DNA of 64,000 nucleotides from Azolla caroliniana (lineage: Eukaryota > Plantae > Polypodiophyta), in NCBI GenBank assembly GCA_043228905.1, contig JBHGNT010000018.1, positions 6,076,001 to 6,140,000 of the forward strand, given 5' to 3'. The notes under the pieces were generated by a model that had not been told where the DNA came from, did no database searches, and was given only the letters and a program-made list of their open reading frames with translations. Each line of letters begins with the position of its first letter. Position 1 is the stretch's first letter. Below, piece after piece: positions 33,809-51,746 of the stretch. Position numbers and translations under genes: made by a program.

Positions 33809-36800
33809 TATCATGATATAACATGGAATGGCTTCAAAAGGATTTGAACCCATGACCTTGTGTCACATTGGTTGAAGCCCTACCATTAAGCTACATATTA
33901 TAATATAAAAAATATTTTTTCCATTTATTATTTCACTTAGGAAATCCATGTATATTCTTGATTTCTCTGAAACATTCTAGAAATGGCAAGAGTACTCCTA
34001 AGCATACTATAAAAAGATGCACATGACATTATTGAGAACCAATTCGGTTCAACGCCAGTCTTAAGCCTTCTAGCTATTCTTGTATATTCTCTTAATATAA
34101 TATAATATATCTTTTGTTATCATCATTCTCTCGAGAATTCTATACCCTCTTCTCCTCTTAGTACTAATCCTCATCTCTATTACTAATTCCCTCTCTGTCG
34201 TAGTACTATTCCTAACAGTTTCAACCGAATTTGCTTCGTTCTCATCTTCGTATTCCTCATTTCCTTCATACAAATCTTCTTATCCTTCCTCCCTCCAATC
34301 CTATGGAAATTGTTAGCGTTAAAGAATACCAATTTGTCCTCTCGGAGCTGCAATTCTTGAAAGAAAAGTTCATAGTACTAGAACAGGAAAATCAACGGTT
34401 GTTGGGGGACCTTCAATAAATCTCTCTAAAGAAGCAGAAAACGCAACAACAACATAGACAATTGGAGTTACGTGTACAACAACTTGAAGCAACCACTGTG
34501 TCCTTGCAACAACAGGGACCAAGTACTCAAGTAATTCATTAAGAATCCAAGATCGGTCTTCCTACAAAATTCGACAGAACGCGATCACAATTCAGAGGAT
34601 TCCTTAATCAGGTACGTCTTGTGGTTCAAATGCATCCTTCCCGATATCCCACCGATGCATCACGAGTGGGATTAGTAGGCACGTTGCTTAGTGGCCCAAC
34701 TTTGGCATGGTTCGCACCTTTATTAGAATAAAGATCTCCATTGTTATATAAATTTGAGTAATTTATTAGCGAGTTTAAAGCCTGTTTTGGGGATATCGAT
34801 CGCGTTAGGACAACAATCAATAAAATCTGAAGATTGCGTCAAGGTGATCGTCCAGCCTCAGCCTATGCTGCGGATATCTGTCTACTCGCCGCCGTTATTC
34901 CCTGGGATGATCTAGCATTGATGGAGCAGTTTCGATATGGCCTTCAAAATGATGTCAAAGATTTACTCTTGACTTTTCCCAAAGAACCAAAGTCGCTCAT
35001 AGAGGCAATCAGTCGAGCGGTGCATTGCGATAACAAACTTTTCGAACGACGTTTGGAATGTCAATTACAAATGCCAAGAACAAGGTTGGAGCCCACATAT
35101 GCCTCAGTCGTAGCAAAACCATTTGCAAGGGAGTCATATAATGCGTCTCCAGCAAATACTCCAACCTCGATGGAAATCAACACTACACATCATTGTGGAC
35201 CGTTATCGAAAGAGGAAAAGCAGCGACTTCGAGCAAATCGACTATGTCTTTATTGCGGTGGACTGGGGCATATTGCAATAAATTGTCCCCATAGGCCAAG
35301 AAGACAGGTAAATCAAATAGCCACTAGTACTAATAGTATTAAGCTTGACTTTATTTCATTAAGACCGTCTGATAGTTCTAATAGCCCAAGCCTATCAAAC
35401 AAATTTGAAGTCCTTAGTCAACTAAAAGAAGAGTTAAACGACTAAGTCCAACCAAAATAGGAGCTGTTTGGTTGGACAACCCTAGATCTGTGCAACCCAT
35501 TAGTGATTCCATTCCCTCTAAGCAAGTTACCAATATCTTCCTAGCTAAAGTAACCATTACTACTAAAAGTACTCCTCTAGTACATGTCTTAGTACTCATA
35601 GATTCCGGAGCTAATTCTTGCTTCATGGATAAGAATTTTGCCCAAGCTCATCAAATATCCTTAAGAAAACTCCCTTGCCCAGCCTCTGTAATAGTCATTG
35701 ATGGTCGCTCCATTGCTTCCGGAAATATTGTAGAAGAATCTAGGCCAATTAGTGTTGTCTTAGTTAATTTGGCATGTGTAGTATCATTCAATATAATTAG
35801 TAGTCTAGAACATCCCATTGTTTTGGGGTTACCATGGTTCGAGTTACACAATCCAGACATAAATTGGAGAACAAGAGAAATCCGGTATCAACAACCTCGA
35901 GAATCTACTCATAAGGTTTCAACCATTTCACTACATCAACTGCGTGCGGAGGACGCAAGGAATCAATGTTTGTATTCGCAGTATCAGTAAAACCCTCCAG
36001 CACCACTAAAGAGGAATCCATAGTTCAACTTCCAAAGAAGTATCGTCATTATGCCGATGTGTTTGATAAGGTACAAGCCAATACTCTTCCTCACCATCGA
36101 CTATATGATTGTCCCATTGTTTTATAACCAGGAAAAGAGCCCCCATGGGGACCGATCTACAACTTGTCACCAACCGAACTAGAAGTCCTTCGAGCCTACA
36201 TAGAGGAGAATTTGGCAAACGGGTTCATTCGACATTCGAAATCTCCAGCCAGCGCACCCATTTTCTTTGTCAAGAAAAAGGATGGATCACTTTGTCTCGT
36301 CGTGGATTACCATGGCCTGAATAAGGTTACCATCAGGAATAGGTATGCACTTCCCCTTATCTCGAGCCTTTTAGAACGGATTAATGGTGCAAAGTTCTTC
36401 ACAAAGATCGACTTATGAGGTGCATATAACCTTGTACGGATCCGACGGGGAGATGAATGGAAGACTGCTTTTTGCACCCGATACGGGCACTTCGAGTATA
36501 CAGTTATGCCATTCGGTCTCACCAATGCGCCAACAGTCTTCTAGCACATGGCAAATGATATTTTCTGAGATCTCTTGGATATCTGTTTGATCATCTATTT
36601 GGATGATCTACTAGTTTATTTGAAGACTCAAGAAGAGCATTATTCTCATGTACTATTAGTACTAAAACGACTTCAAGAATATGGTCTTTATGCAAAACCA
36701 GAAAAATGTAGTTTTGAGTGTAACCAAGTGGAATTTCTAGGTTATGTCATCTCCTCGGATGGCATCTCTATGGATCCAGCTAAGGTCAAAACCGTGGTAG

Positions 36801-39129
36801 AGTGGTAGACTCCCTATTTGTTGTGAGATGTGCAATGTTTTTTAGGCTTCGCAAATTTTTACCGCAAGTTTATACAGGACTACTCAAAGCTTATTTTGCC
36901 TCTCACACAACTTACCAAGAAGGGGCAATCATTTGTTTGGTCTAAGGAAGCATACATGACTTTTGTAAGTCCTAAGAAAGCATTTACATAAGCTCCTATT
37001 CTAGCTCATGTTGATCCGAAAAAACCATTCATCATGGAGGCAAACACATCGGATTTTGCCCTTGGTAGCATTCTGTCACAACAAGGTGATGATGAAAAAC
37101 TAAATCATGTGCCTTTCCACTCGCGCAAGTTTGATGCCGCTGAAATAAACTACGAGATACATGACAAGGAGCTATTGATAATAGTGGACTCTTTTGCACA
37201 ATGGAGGCATTTTTTAGAGGGATCTTCTCATTAAGTCAAAAACCTTTCCTATTTCCAGAATGCTTGTGTATTAAATCGATGACAAGCTTGGTGGGCCCAA
37301 TTCCTCACTCGTTTCAACTTCAAAATTACATATCGTCCTGGGAAGTAGCAAGGGAAGGTAGATGCATTATCACGACGCTCGTATCTAGCACCTCGTCCTG
37401 GTGATCCAACATTTGATAATCAAAAGCAAGTCATCCTGGGATCAACACGACTTCAAGCAACGTGGGGTTTTGACACTCCATTGGATTCCCGCATTATCGA
37501 GACCAGACGTAAATACTTGAAGAAAGACACTTTCGCTCAAGCCATTCTAGTGCAAATTGATCCCTCACGGGAAACCTATTCACAGTCGCAACAACCAGGT
37601 ATGGACTATTGAAAATTCGAATGTCATGATGGATTACTATTCTTTAAGAAACTCTTGTATGTTCCCAATGGTTCTTGTCACGTTTGGGTAGTCCAAAATT
37701 GTCATGAGACAAATACAGCTAGACATTTTGGTAGTACTAAAACGTTGGATTTAGTACAACGATCATTTTGGTGGCTTCGTATGCAACGATTTGTTGAAGA
37801 CTATGTTCGGACATGTGATGCATGTTGCAGAGCAAAGATGCCAAGATGCCAAGACATCATCCTATGGTATATTGGAACCATTACCAATTCCAAGCAAGTC
37901 ATGGTAGTCCATTTCTTTAGATTTTATCACAGATCTTCCAGCTTCAAAGAGATTTGATGCGATCTTAACAATAGTAGATCGATATAGTAAGATGGCACAT
38001 TTCCTGCCTTGTACTAAGGCAATCACCAGTGAAGAAACCGCTGAAATTGTCATGCGCAAGGTATTTCGGCATCATGGCTTCCCCGATAGTATCATCAATG
38101 ACCGTGGACCTCAATTCGTCTCAAAATTCTGGAAGCATCTCTTCAAAATGCTCAAGGTCACTTGTAACCTCTCCTACGGTTATCACCCTCAAACAGACAG
38201 ACGAGCAGAACGAACAAACCAAACACTGGAACAATATCTTTGGTGTTTTCTAAGTTATCAACAAGATGATTGGGCGGATATTCTCCACTTTGCCGAATTT
38301 GCTTATAATAATTGTATCCACTCATCGACTAGGGTACACCATTTTATGCTTATACAGGCTATCATCCTCGATGGTGTGTGTTCGAAACTCTGGAGTTACC
38401 CACAAATCCTCGTGCAGAGGATCATTTGGAGTGGCGACACAAGATACAGGCAATCCTATCTACCCATTTACATCAAGCTCAACAAACACATAAGGCTCAT
38501 GTAGATCGTCATCGGCTTCCATCCTGTTTTGACATTGGAAATCGGGTATGGCTATTACGATGACACATCAAGACTACTCGACCATGTGATAAATTGGATT
38601 ATCGATGATTAGGCCCTTTCTGTATTATCGGAAAAGTTAATGATGTCACTTTTCGTCTTGATCTACCTCCGCAACTACAGTTACATCCAGTTTTTCATAG
38701 TTCTCTTCTCGAACCCTTTCAAGACAACACTATTACACCACCTCCACCCTCGATCAAGCTTGGAGCAAGAACGGTGTACGAAGTTGATGCCATCCTCGAT
38801 TCCAAGATTGTTCGTAACAAGCTCTACTATTTGGTCTATTGGCTAGGCTATAGTCCAAGCGAGCGTACTTGGGAACTGGTTGAGAATGTCGCAAATGTTC
38901 GAGCTCTTATTGAGGACTTCCATCGACAATATCCCGACAAACCATGTCCTCTATCTAAGACGCCTTGTAATACTCGTCGTCGTCTTAAGGGGGGAGGGGG
39001 GTGTCATGATATAGCATGGAATGGTTTCAAAAGGATTTGAACCCCATGACCTTTTGTCATGTGGGTTGAAGCCCTACCATTAAGGTATATATGGTTCCAT
39101 TTCTTATTTCACTTAGGAAATCCATGTAA
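33809..39129 (+). mobile_element. Tcn1/Tf1-sushi-type chromoviral Ty3/gypsy element (decayed; 3' LTR truncated)
   Basis: 5' LTR 33809-34217 and partial 3' LTR 39002-39129; PPT 38987-39001. gag (PTKFD..FRGFL, CLYCGGLGHIAINC), protease LIDSGA, RT YLDD, RNase H NYEIHDKELL, integrase, chromodomain YEVDAILD..YLVYWLGY..RTWE (38774-38950). Confidence 0.92.
35433..35477 (+). promoter_or_regulatory. Predicted -1 ribosomal frameshift signal between gag and pol
   Basis: Slippery G TTA AAC (35433-39), 6-nt spacer, 11-bp stem GTCCAACCAAA/TTTGGTTGGAC. The -1 frame is open into the protease ORF at 35472. Confidence 0.75.
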
Positions 39130-42100
39130 ATCCCACATCTCTTTTAGTCTATAGACTGACTTGCACAAAAGTTTCTTTGGTAATTCGACCAAGTCCCATG
39201 TTTGATTTTGCCGAATGGAGGTCATTTCACGACTCCATCGCTAGATGCCATGTGGCCGAATCGGCTGATGTTGATGCTTCTTCATATGACGTCAGTTCGA
39301 TGGCCTCCGTGAAGAAGACTCCAAGAGAATACCTCTCCGGGGGTTGTGGTAGTCTCTCGGATCATCGAGGTAAGACTGGGTTAGTCACATCGAGTGTCTG
39401 AGTTGGATGGTCCAAAGCCGAATCATTCAGTTGTGCCAAATCGGTCGGAGCTGAGTCAGTGCTAGAGGATTCGGCTACCCGTGAAGCCAACCTCATGTTA
39501 TAAGCTAGGCCATCATGAAGGGCCAACACGTCGGAAAAGGTTACCCTTCGAATGTCAATAGGCCTTTCAGCCATCTTATGCATAACCGACTCATTGAACA
39601 CTACGTCCGAACTTCAGACAATCTATCTATGCTCAGGGTCCCAGACTTAGTATCCGATCTCGCCATCTGGTCCATAACCAAGGAAAATGCATTTCCTAGA
39701 CCTCGGTTCAAGTATTTGGCGATCATCCTTCGGTATGAGGGTGTATGCCTCACATCCGAAAATCCTTAGCTTGGCGTAATTCAGCTTACTACCAGTCCAT
39801 AAGTGTTGAGGTATTCAAAGTCCTAGAGGCCCACTCGGTGACATGTTGATTATGTGTACTGTCATAAGTAGGGCCTTTGTCCAAAAGCCATCTGACAGTT
39901 CAGAGTGTTGGAGCATGGATACTATCCGTTCTTGAATTGTCTGATTCATATGCTCAGCAATTCCATTATGCTCTCGACTATGTGGTGTCGTGTATTCACG
40001 TCTAATGCCGCACTGCCGACATAATTTGATGAATTCTTCAAACTTAAACTCTCCCCCGTTATCAATCCAAAGGCATTTCAGGTTTCGACCAGACTGATTT
40101 TCGACCATGGCGAGCCATTCGAAAAATATTAAGAACACTCGATCTTTGGTTCTGGCCAGGTATGCCCATACTTCCTAGTCGAGTCGTCAATGAAGTTGAT
40201 GAAATAGGAGGCACCACCAAGAGACTGATGTGGCATAGGACCACAAACATCCGAATGGACCAAATTGAGTGGACTTGATTCTCTTGATGACATTGTAGGG
40301 TGTGAAGCTACGACTTGTTTGCCATACTTGCAATGCTCACTGAACTGGTGATGTGAGAAGGAGATTTTGGGGATATATCCGACTCTAGGTAGGTGCATAA
40401 TGCCTTGGCCTTGCCGAGGAGCCGAGTCGTCCATGCCATAGCGATGACACTGGAATGTCGACCAAAAACAAGTCACCCTCTTTGACCATGACGTATAGTG
40501 GGTACAATGAATGTCGTTTCGGACCTCTTGCAAGAAGGAGGTTCCCCTTATGGAGTGCCCACCCTCCTGATGACAAGCCCGCACGTATGTCGTCGCCATC
40601 AAGTTGTCCGACTACGATTAACGGTCGTGAGAGCTCAGGTACATGCCAAACATTGTGTAGTACAATTGTTGAACCACCTGGAAGATTGAGCTCTATAGTG
40701 CCGATTCCAATTATAGCACAATGTTGCAAATTTCCGACTCGGACTAAGTCGAAATGTCGGGCCGAATATTGTCGAAATTGAGATTTGTGAGGGGTCACAT
40801 GGTATGAAGCGCCCGAATCAAGGAGCCAAGTACTTGAGTCTTCAATTGTAAGCAAAACTTCTGTTTCGATTGAGTGCTCGATGAACAGAATGTTCAGGTT
40901 GTTCATCAATACTTTGACTAATGAGCCGACGTTATCGTGAAGATCCGTCACTATGTGCGGATCGCGAGGCGGAACCGCCGGGGTTTTGGACCGGAAGGAC
41001 TCGAAGTTGCACTAGCTTTAGCGAGAAAGGATCTAAGATAGATTGAAAGAGAGAGAGAACACTTGACTTTAGATTGAGAGAGATTAAGATTGATACTCTT
41101 GACTTTAGATTTGAAGAACAAGATTAATACATCAATTGGATAACGAATTTTCTTCTTAATATTAATTTTGATATAAAGTACAAAGCTCCCCTTTGATCTT
41201 TTTCATCCACCCTTTTATAGATGCTCCCATGCATATGATGCATGTGAGGGTACAAGATGCATGGAATGCGTGTGATGCATGTTTGCCATTTGGTGCTCAT
41301 GCATCACATGTCACTCAATCAAGCTCTAATATGGGAATTTACATGTAAAGATATAATGATAAAAATATAATCCCTAAAGAAATGATTTGGCTTGTAAGCT
41401 TATTGCTTCCTATCTTGGAGGTGCAAAGTTCGAGTCTTGCTTACATCTTTTTCTTTTATACATAAAATACTATTAGGCTTTTGGACCAAATAAGACACCA
41501 TGCACCGTGATCAACCGACCTGATCGATCCGTCCGATTTGCATCCATTTGGTCCGGCCTAGTCCGCATCCCGATCCGGTTCGGTTCGCATCTCGAGTCGC
41601 TTGCCGGTCACCGGCCGATCGTTGCTTGTCGGTGGCCGGTGGCCGGTTCTGCCGGCTCACCGGATGCCGTTCACCAATCACGGGTTCCGTTCGGATGCAT
41701 TCGGTTGCTAGCTCCATCCGGTTTCTGGTTCTGTCATTGGCCGGTTTGAGTTTCTTCACCGGCCGGTTCGGGCATTTAACCACATCCGGCGACTTAGCCA
41801 CATATGTCCATCTAGACAAAAGTGGCCCAAGTCCAACTATTTCTTATGTGCTCTTAACACATAAATGAAATATGATGGATCTCAATCTTCTTATATAGTT
41901 GGAGCCTAAACTTTTCTTATCTATGTGGGATATTTCATAGTTTTATTTTTCTCTTTTTCTTTTGCAAAACTATATACCCACATAACTTGACACTTAGATG
42001 TTTGTTTCTTATGTAGTGAAGTGCATTCGAAAGCTCTTCAAGACCTCCATCTTTTTGTACCAAGATATTAAACTTATATCAAATTAGTATCTTCACTATT

Positions 42101-44082
42101 ATTGTTTTATGTGATTCATACTCGATTTCGTATGTTTTATGCAATTTTCACACCATTGCTGAAAATCTTCACGACAACGTAGTTGACCTCCTCATGTCGG
42201 CCACTCTTTTGAACAGCTCGTTGAGCTTTATCGTTTTTGGATTTAAGTGCGCGGGAGTCGGCCTTGATATGTCCGGGTTTCTTGCAATAATTGCATATTC
42301 GATTATCCCAAGATTTGCTTTGACTTAAAGTGTTGTTCGGCGGTCGAGAAGAACTTCTTCCTCGATTGTTCGATCGGTTGGTAAAACCTTGTACTATGTA
42401 GGCGTCATTGGTCGAATCATTTGCAAAATATTTCCTCTTAGTAGCTTCTGTCATGATTGAGCTCGTGACTTCGAAGTACTTTACTACAATAGTCAACACA
42501 TTAAACACAGTTGTGACGAAAGTTTCCCAGGAAGGGGGGAGACTACTCATTAAGAGCATAGTTTTTAGTTCATCCTCTATCGTCGTCCCTTGGGCTGAAA
42601 TTTGGGAGTTTAGACTTTCATACTCATTCAAGTGTGGCTGGACTGAGTCAGATTCTTTCATCCGAAGGTTGTAGAGGCGCCGAATCAAGTATATCTTTGT
42701 AGCAGCAACCTTCTTTCCGTAAGTGTCTAAGAGTGTCTTCCATAGTTGGATGGCAGTCAAACACGATTGCACTGTGAAGTACATTAACTTTGACAAGTGC
42801 ATCCGAATAGTGGCGCAGAGGATTTTGTCCAACTTTTGCCACTCATTTGGAGCATTTTCAGTCTCAATTGGGTCGATCAGACCCTTGACTATTAGATAGT
42901 CCTGCATATGCTCCTTCTAGAAGTTGAAGTTCGATTCGTCGAACTTCCTTAGACTCGTCTTTGATGAGCCTGATGTTGATGCTATCTATGTCGGTTTGCT
43001 AGAATCTATTCGGAGTCAACTACAAACAATGGTGGGATGCAACCGACTAGCTCACCTGATATCATTCTAGTCGGATTTGGACATGTCAATCAAATCAATT
43101 TCGACTATTGGAACAGTTGGTGGCTAAACTTGCTCAGAGTGGTTATGGTGAATAGAGGGACAAAGCCAACTAGTCTTCCCAAATGTCGCCTAGCCGAGTT
43201 GAGCACAGCTAACTGTTGATTCGATTCCAATTCCCGATTCCAAGAGACGGATCATAGACTATATGCTTTTGTGTGTTGATTGTCCAGGTTGATCCTGCTT
43301 CAGGTGGCTACAATGACGAGAGGAATAGATCCAACTGGTCTTTCTAAATGTCATCTAGCTGAATGAAGCACGGAAGGGGGTTGTTCCTGGGGCGGAATCT
43401 ACTCCGAGTAGTTATGACGGGCAAGTGGGCAATGCCGGATGGCTTGATCGGTTGTTGCCTAACTTGATGAAGCACGACTTACAATCAAATCGAAGGAGAA
43501 ACCTCACTTCGAGTGGCTACAATCACGAGGACAAAGTACAATCGACTGGCCTACTTCAAGAGTGATTTGGTTCAGAGAAGTGCGGGTTTGCAGGTGTCTT
43601 CTCTCTTCTCTTGGTGGTTGCCAACCTTGGGATCTTCAAGAAGATCAGGGTAGGAATATTGTTGGAGACAGATGATGACCGACATCGAGTTGAAGAACCT
43701 TGCTCTGATACCAGATGTTGGAGGCAGTTGTCAAGTGTGGAACAAGAAACAACACTCTTTAGACTTAAAGGTCTTCAAGGGTTCAAAGAAACCGATTAAG
43801 CACACAAGACAACTAATTCCTAAGACAAGATCAACAAGAAAGACAGAGAGAAGAAGTACACCAAAGTAGGCACAAAGTAATGTAACTGTATTATTCTCAG
43901 AGAGTTACAATAGCACAATATACAAAATGAACAACCACCACCCCAACACTAGGTTACAAGAGTCGGTTTAAATACTAACTGACTTAGGGCAACTACCCTT
44001 ACCACTATTTACAAAAATAGTCTAACCCTAGTGTGTCCAATGGGACAATGTGAATACGTCCATTAAAGACATGTATTCGACA
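39130..44082 (-). mobile_element. Ty1/copia element B, 5' half (LTR, gag, protease, integrase); RT/RH/3' LTR missing
   Basis: LTR ~43716-44082, PBS TGGTATCAGAGC (43713-43702), gag ORF 42137-42907 with CNYCKKPGH, protease WLLDSGASYHVT, integrase LVHSDVCGPM and DNGGEF. Confidence 0.88.
40933..42176. mobile_element. 1244-bp solo-LTR-like insertion with 12-bp terminal inverted repeats inside copia B
   Basis: Termini T(A)TCGTGAAGAT / ATCTTCACGACA and 4-bp TSD ACGT (40929-32, 42177-80). Removal restores the in-frame VNYV-GSLVK of copia B. Confidence 0.8.
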
Positions 44083-44129
44083 CTTATAAGTGAGGTATAT
44101 GGGATTGTACAAGGAATTATATTCTATGA

Positions 44130-45350
44130 CCCTTTTTCCTAAAGGTTTAGGAGGAATTATGTTCTATGCCCCTTTTTCCTAGTATTACATTGAGTTTAGT
44201 GCTAACTTTGATGCCAATGTCTTCATATGTCTCACTACATACGGTGGGTACTTAAAAGTGAGGTACCATTATTCTATTGAAGTGCTTTAAGGGGTAGATC
44301 TTATTGAGTTGTTACAAGTTTATAATAGGTCTCGTATTTTTCAAGGCCTTGATCGCTAGATTTTGTATTGAGGAAAGTAACCATTATGAAATGAGTAAAG
44401 ATAAATGTTTAGAAATATAAATTTTGGGATAGGGATTGAGTTGGTAAAGGACCACATATATCCATGTGTACTAGTTGGCCATAACTGTAGGATGTGAAGA
44501 GAAAGGGGATTTAGAGAGCTTACTAAATTTACACCATTCGTTAAGGGATCATTTGAATTTTTGAGGTACGATAAAACTAGTGGATATATATTGTTAGGAC
44601 TTGTGAACCATTGTCTGATGGTTCAAGTGACCTAATTGGCAGTGGCATAGAAGTTGTCATAGAGCACACTAATATGTAAGACATCCTTGTCTTAGACAAT
44701 TAACCATGTAACCTTGACCAGAGGGTGTCTTATGGCAGATGATGCAATAGTTGTGATATAATTCGATAGACATATCTCATCTATGAGTTTATTTACAATT
44801 ATTAAGTTTTCCACTGGTTAGGTATATAATGAACTTTGTTTATTTTAATGGATTTGCCATCAAAGAGCTCAAGATGGGCGATGTTGTGTCCAAGGGCATA
44901 CTCAACCACTTTCTTCTCGAATCTCATTGCAATGGGATTTTCTAAGGGTTTATCGTCTTTAAGCCTTGATGGGAGAGAACATAGGGTTATAGTCTTTAAG
45001 CCATTCTACCCTTGATGTGAGATGACCTATGGCTTCTATACCATGAATCCACATGGAAGTGAGAGTATGGTGAAGTGAGGTAAGGGTCATAAAGGCAATG
45101 AAGGAGTCTTCAGTTTCCTTGGAACTATTGTCATTATGATATGTTGTGTTATTATTTTGGTCATGATTATTATACAATGCTTTTCAATGTAATCTTGTTT
45201 ATATTGTAAAATAAACCAAAAGGAAACCTCCTCATCATGTTGACCCAATGAGCTTTCTCGTACAACACACATTTCATCTACAAATTCGATTGTACTTTTT
45301 GGGTTGTCAATACGTTGTTGTTTCCTGGCTCGATTGAGCCTATTTATCAC
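44130..45350 (-). mobile_element. Old, decayed Ty1/copia fragment
   Basis: ORF 44959-45177 WIHGIEAIGHLTSRVEWLKDY resembles the copia protease region W..DSGA..H.T....W...Y; LWH.RLGH-like remnant near 44710. Confidence 0.45.
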
Positions 45351-46142
45351 CTCCCCCTTTTTCAGAAAAGCTAAAGTTGGAAAATAACAAAACTAATGTG
45401 AGGGCATTCCATGAAATTGCAAAAACCCAAGGGGCATAATAAAAAAAATGTGTGCATAAGGTTAACAAAAGCTTATTGTAAAATATACATATTTTCTTTC
45501 TTCTTAAAATTTTCTTTGTTTTGATGTGTCTTTCGTTCTTTTAGTTTCCTATGTAATTTTAGAACAAGCTCAAGTCGACGAGAGTATAAAAGAGCATGCG
45601 AGTAAATGGTGCTCTTTTTCCTGCTTTATGCTTTCTTCATTGAAAGCATCCTCCATGATGTTGTAACAAACTATAGACGGTGGAAGTGTAGTAGAGGCGA
45701 TCGTGGGGGAATCGTTCCCAATTGGTGGTGATGGTATTGTTGAGCAGGTAGAGTTTCATCAATTTTAGTGAATTACTTGAGGGTCGGTCGGGCATTGTCT
45801 AAGTCGGATGTGTCGGGAAAAGGGCATCAAAAATCTTATTGAGAAGCACCCACAACAAAATGAAATAGTTGTAGTTTTCCCTTAAGTTCCGGTTGATTAG
45901 ATATGGGAATGAAAATACAAAAAAAAAAACCTTACAAAATGATGGACAATGTAAAACTATGAGGATACATAAGTAAATATATAAAACTATGACCATTTAA
46001 CAGATATAACGGCCGACTCTTGACCTGAAAGAAAAGAGGGGGCCAGAGAAAATCATATATATACGAAAAAGAAGCAGGAAGAAGACGAAGAAGAAGAAGA
46101 AGAAGAAGCAGGAAGAAGCAGGGCGGAGAAAAGGAGGAGGAA

Positions 46143-51746
<5,604 letters not shown>

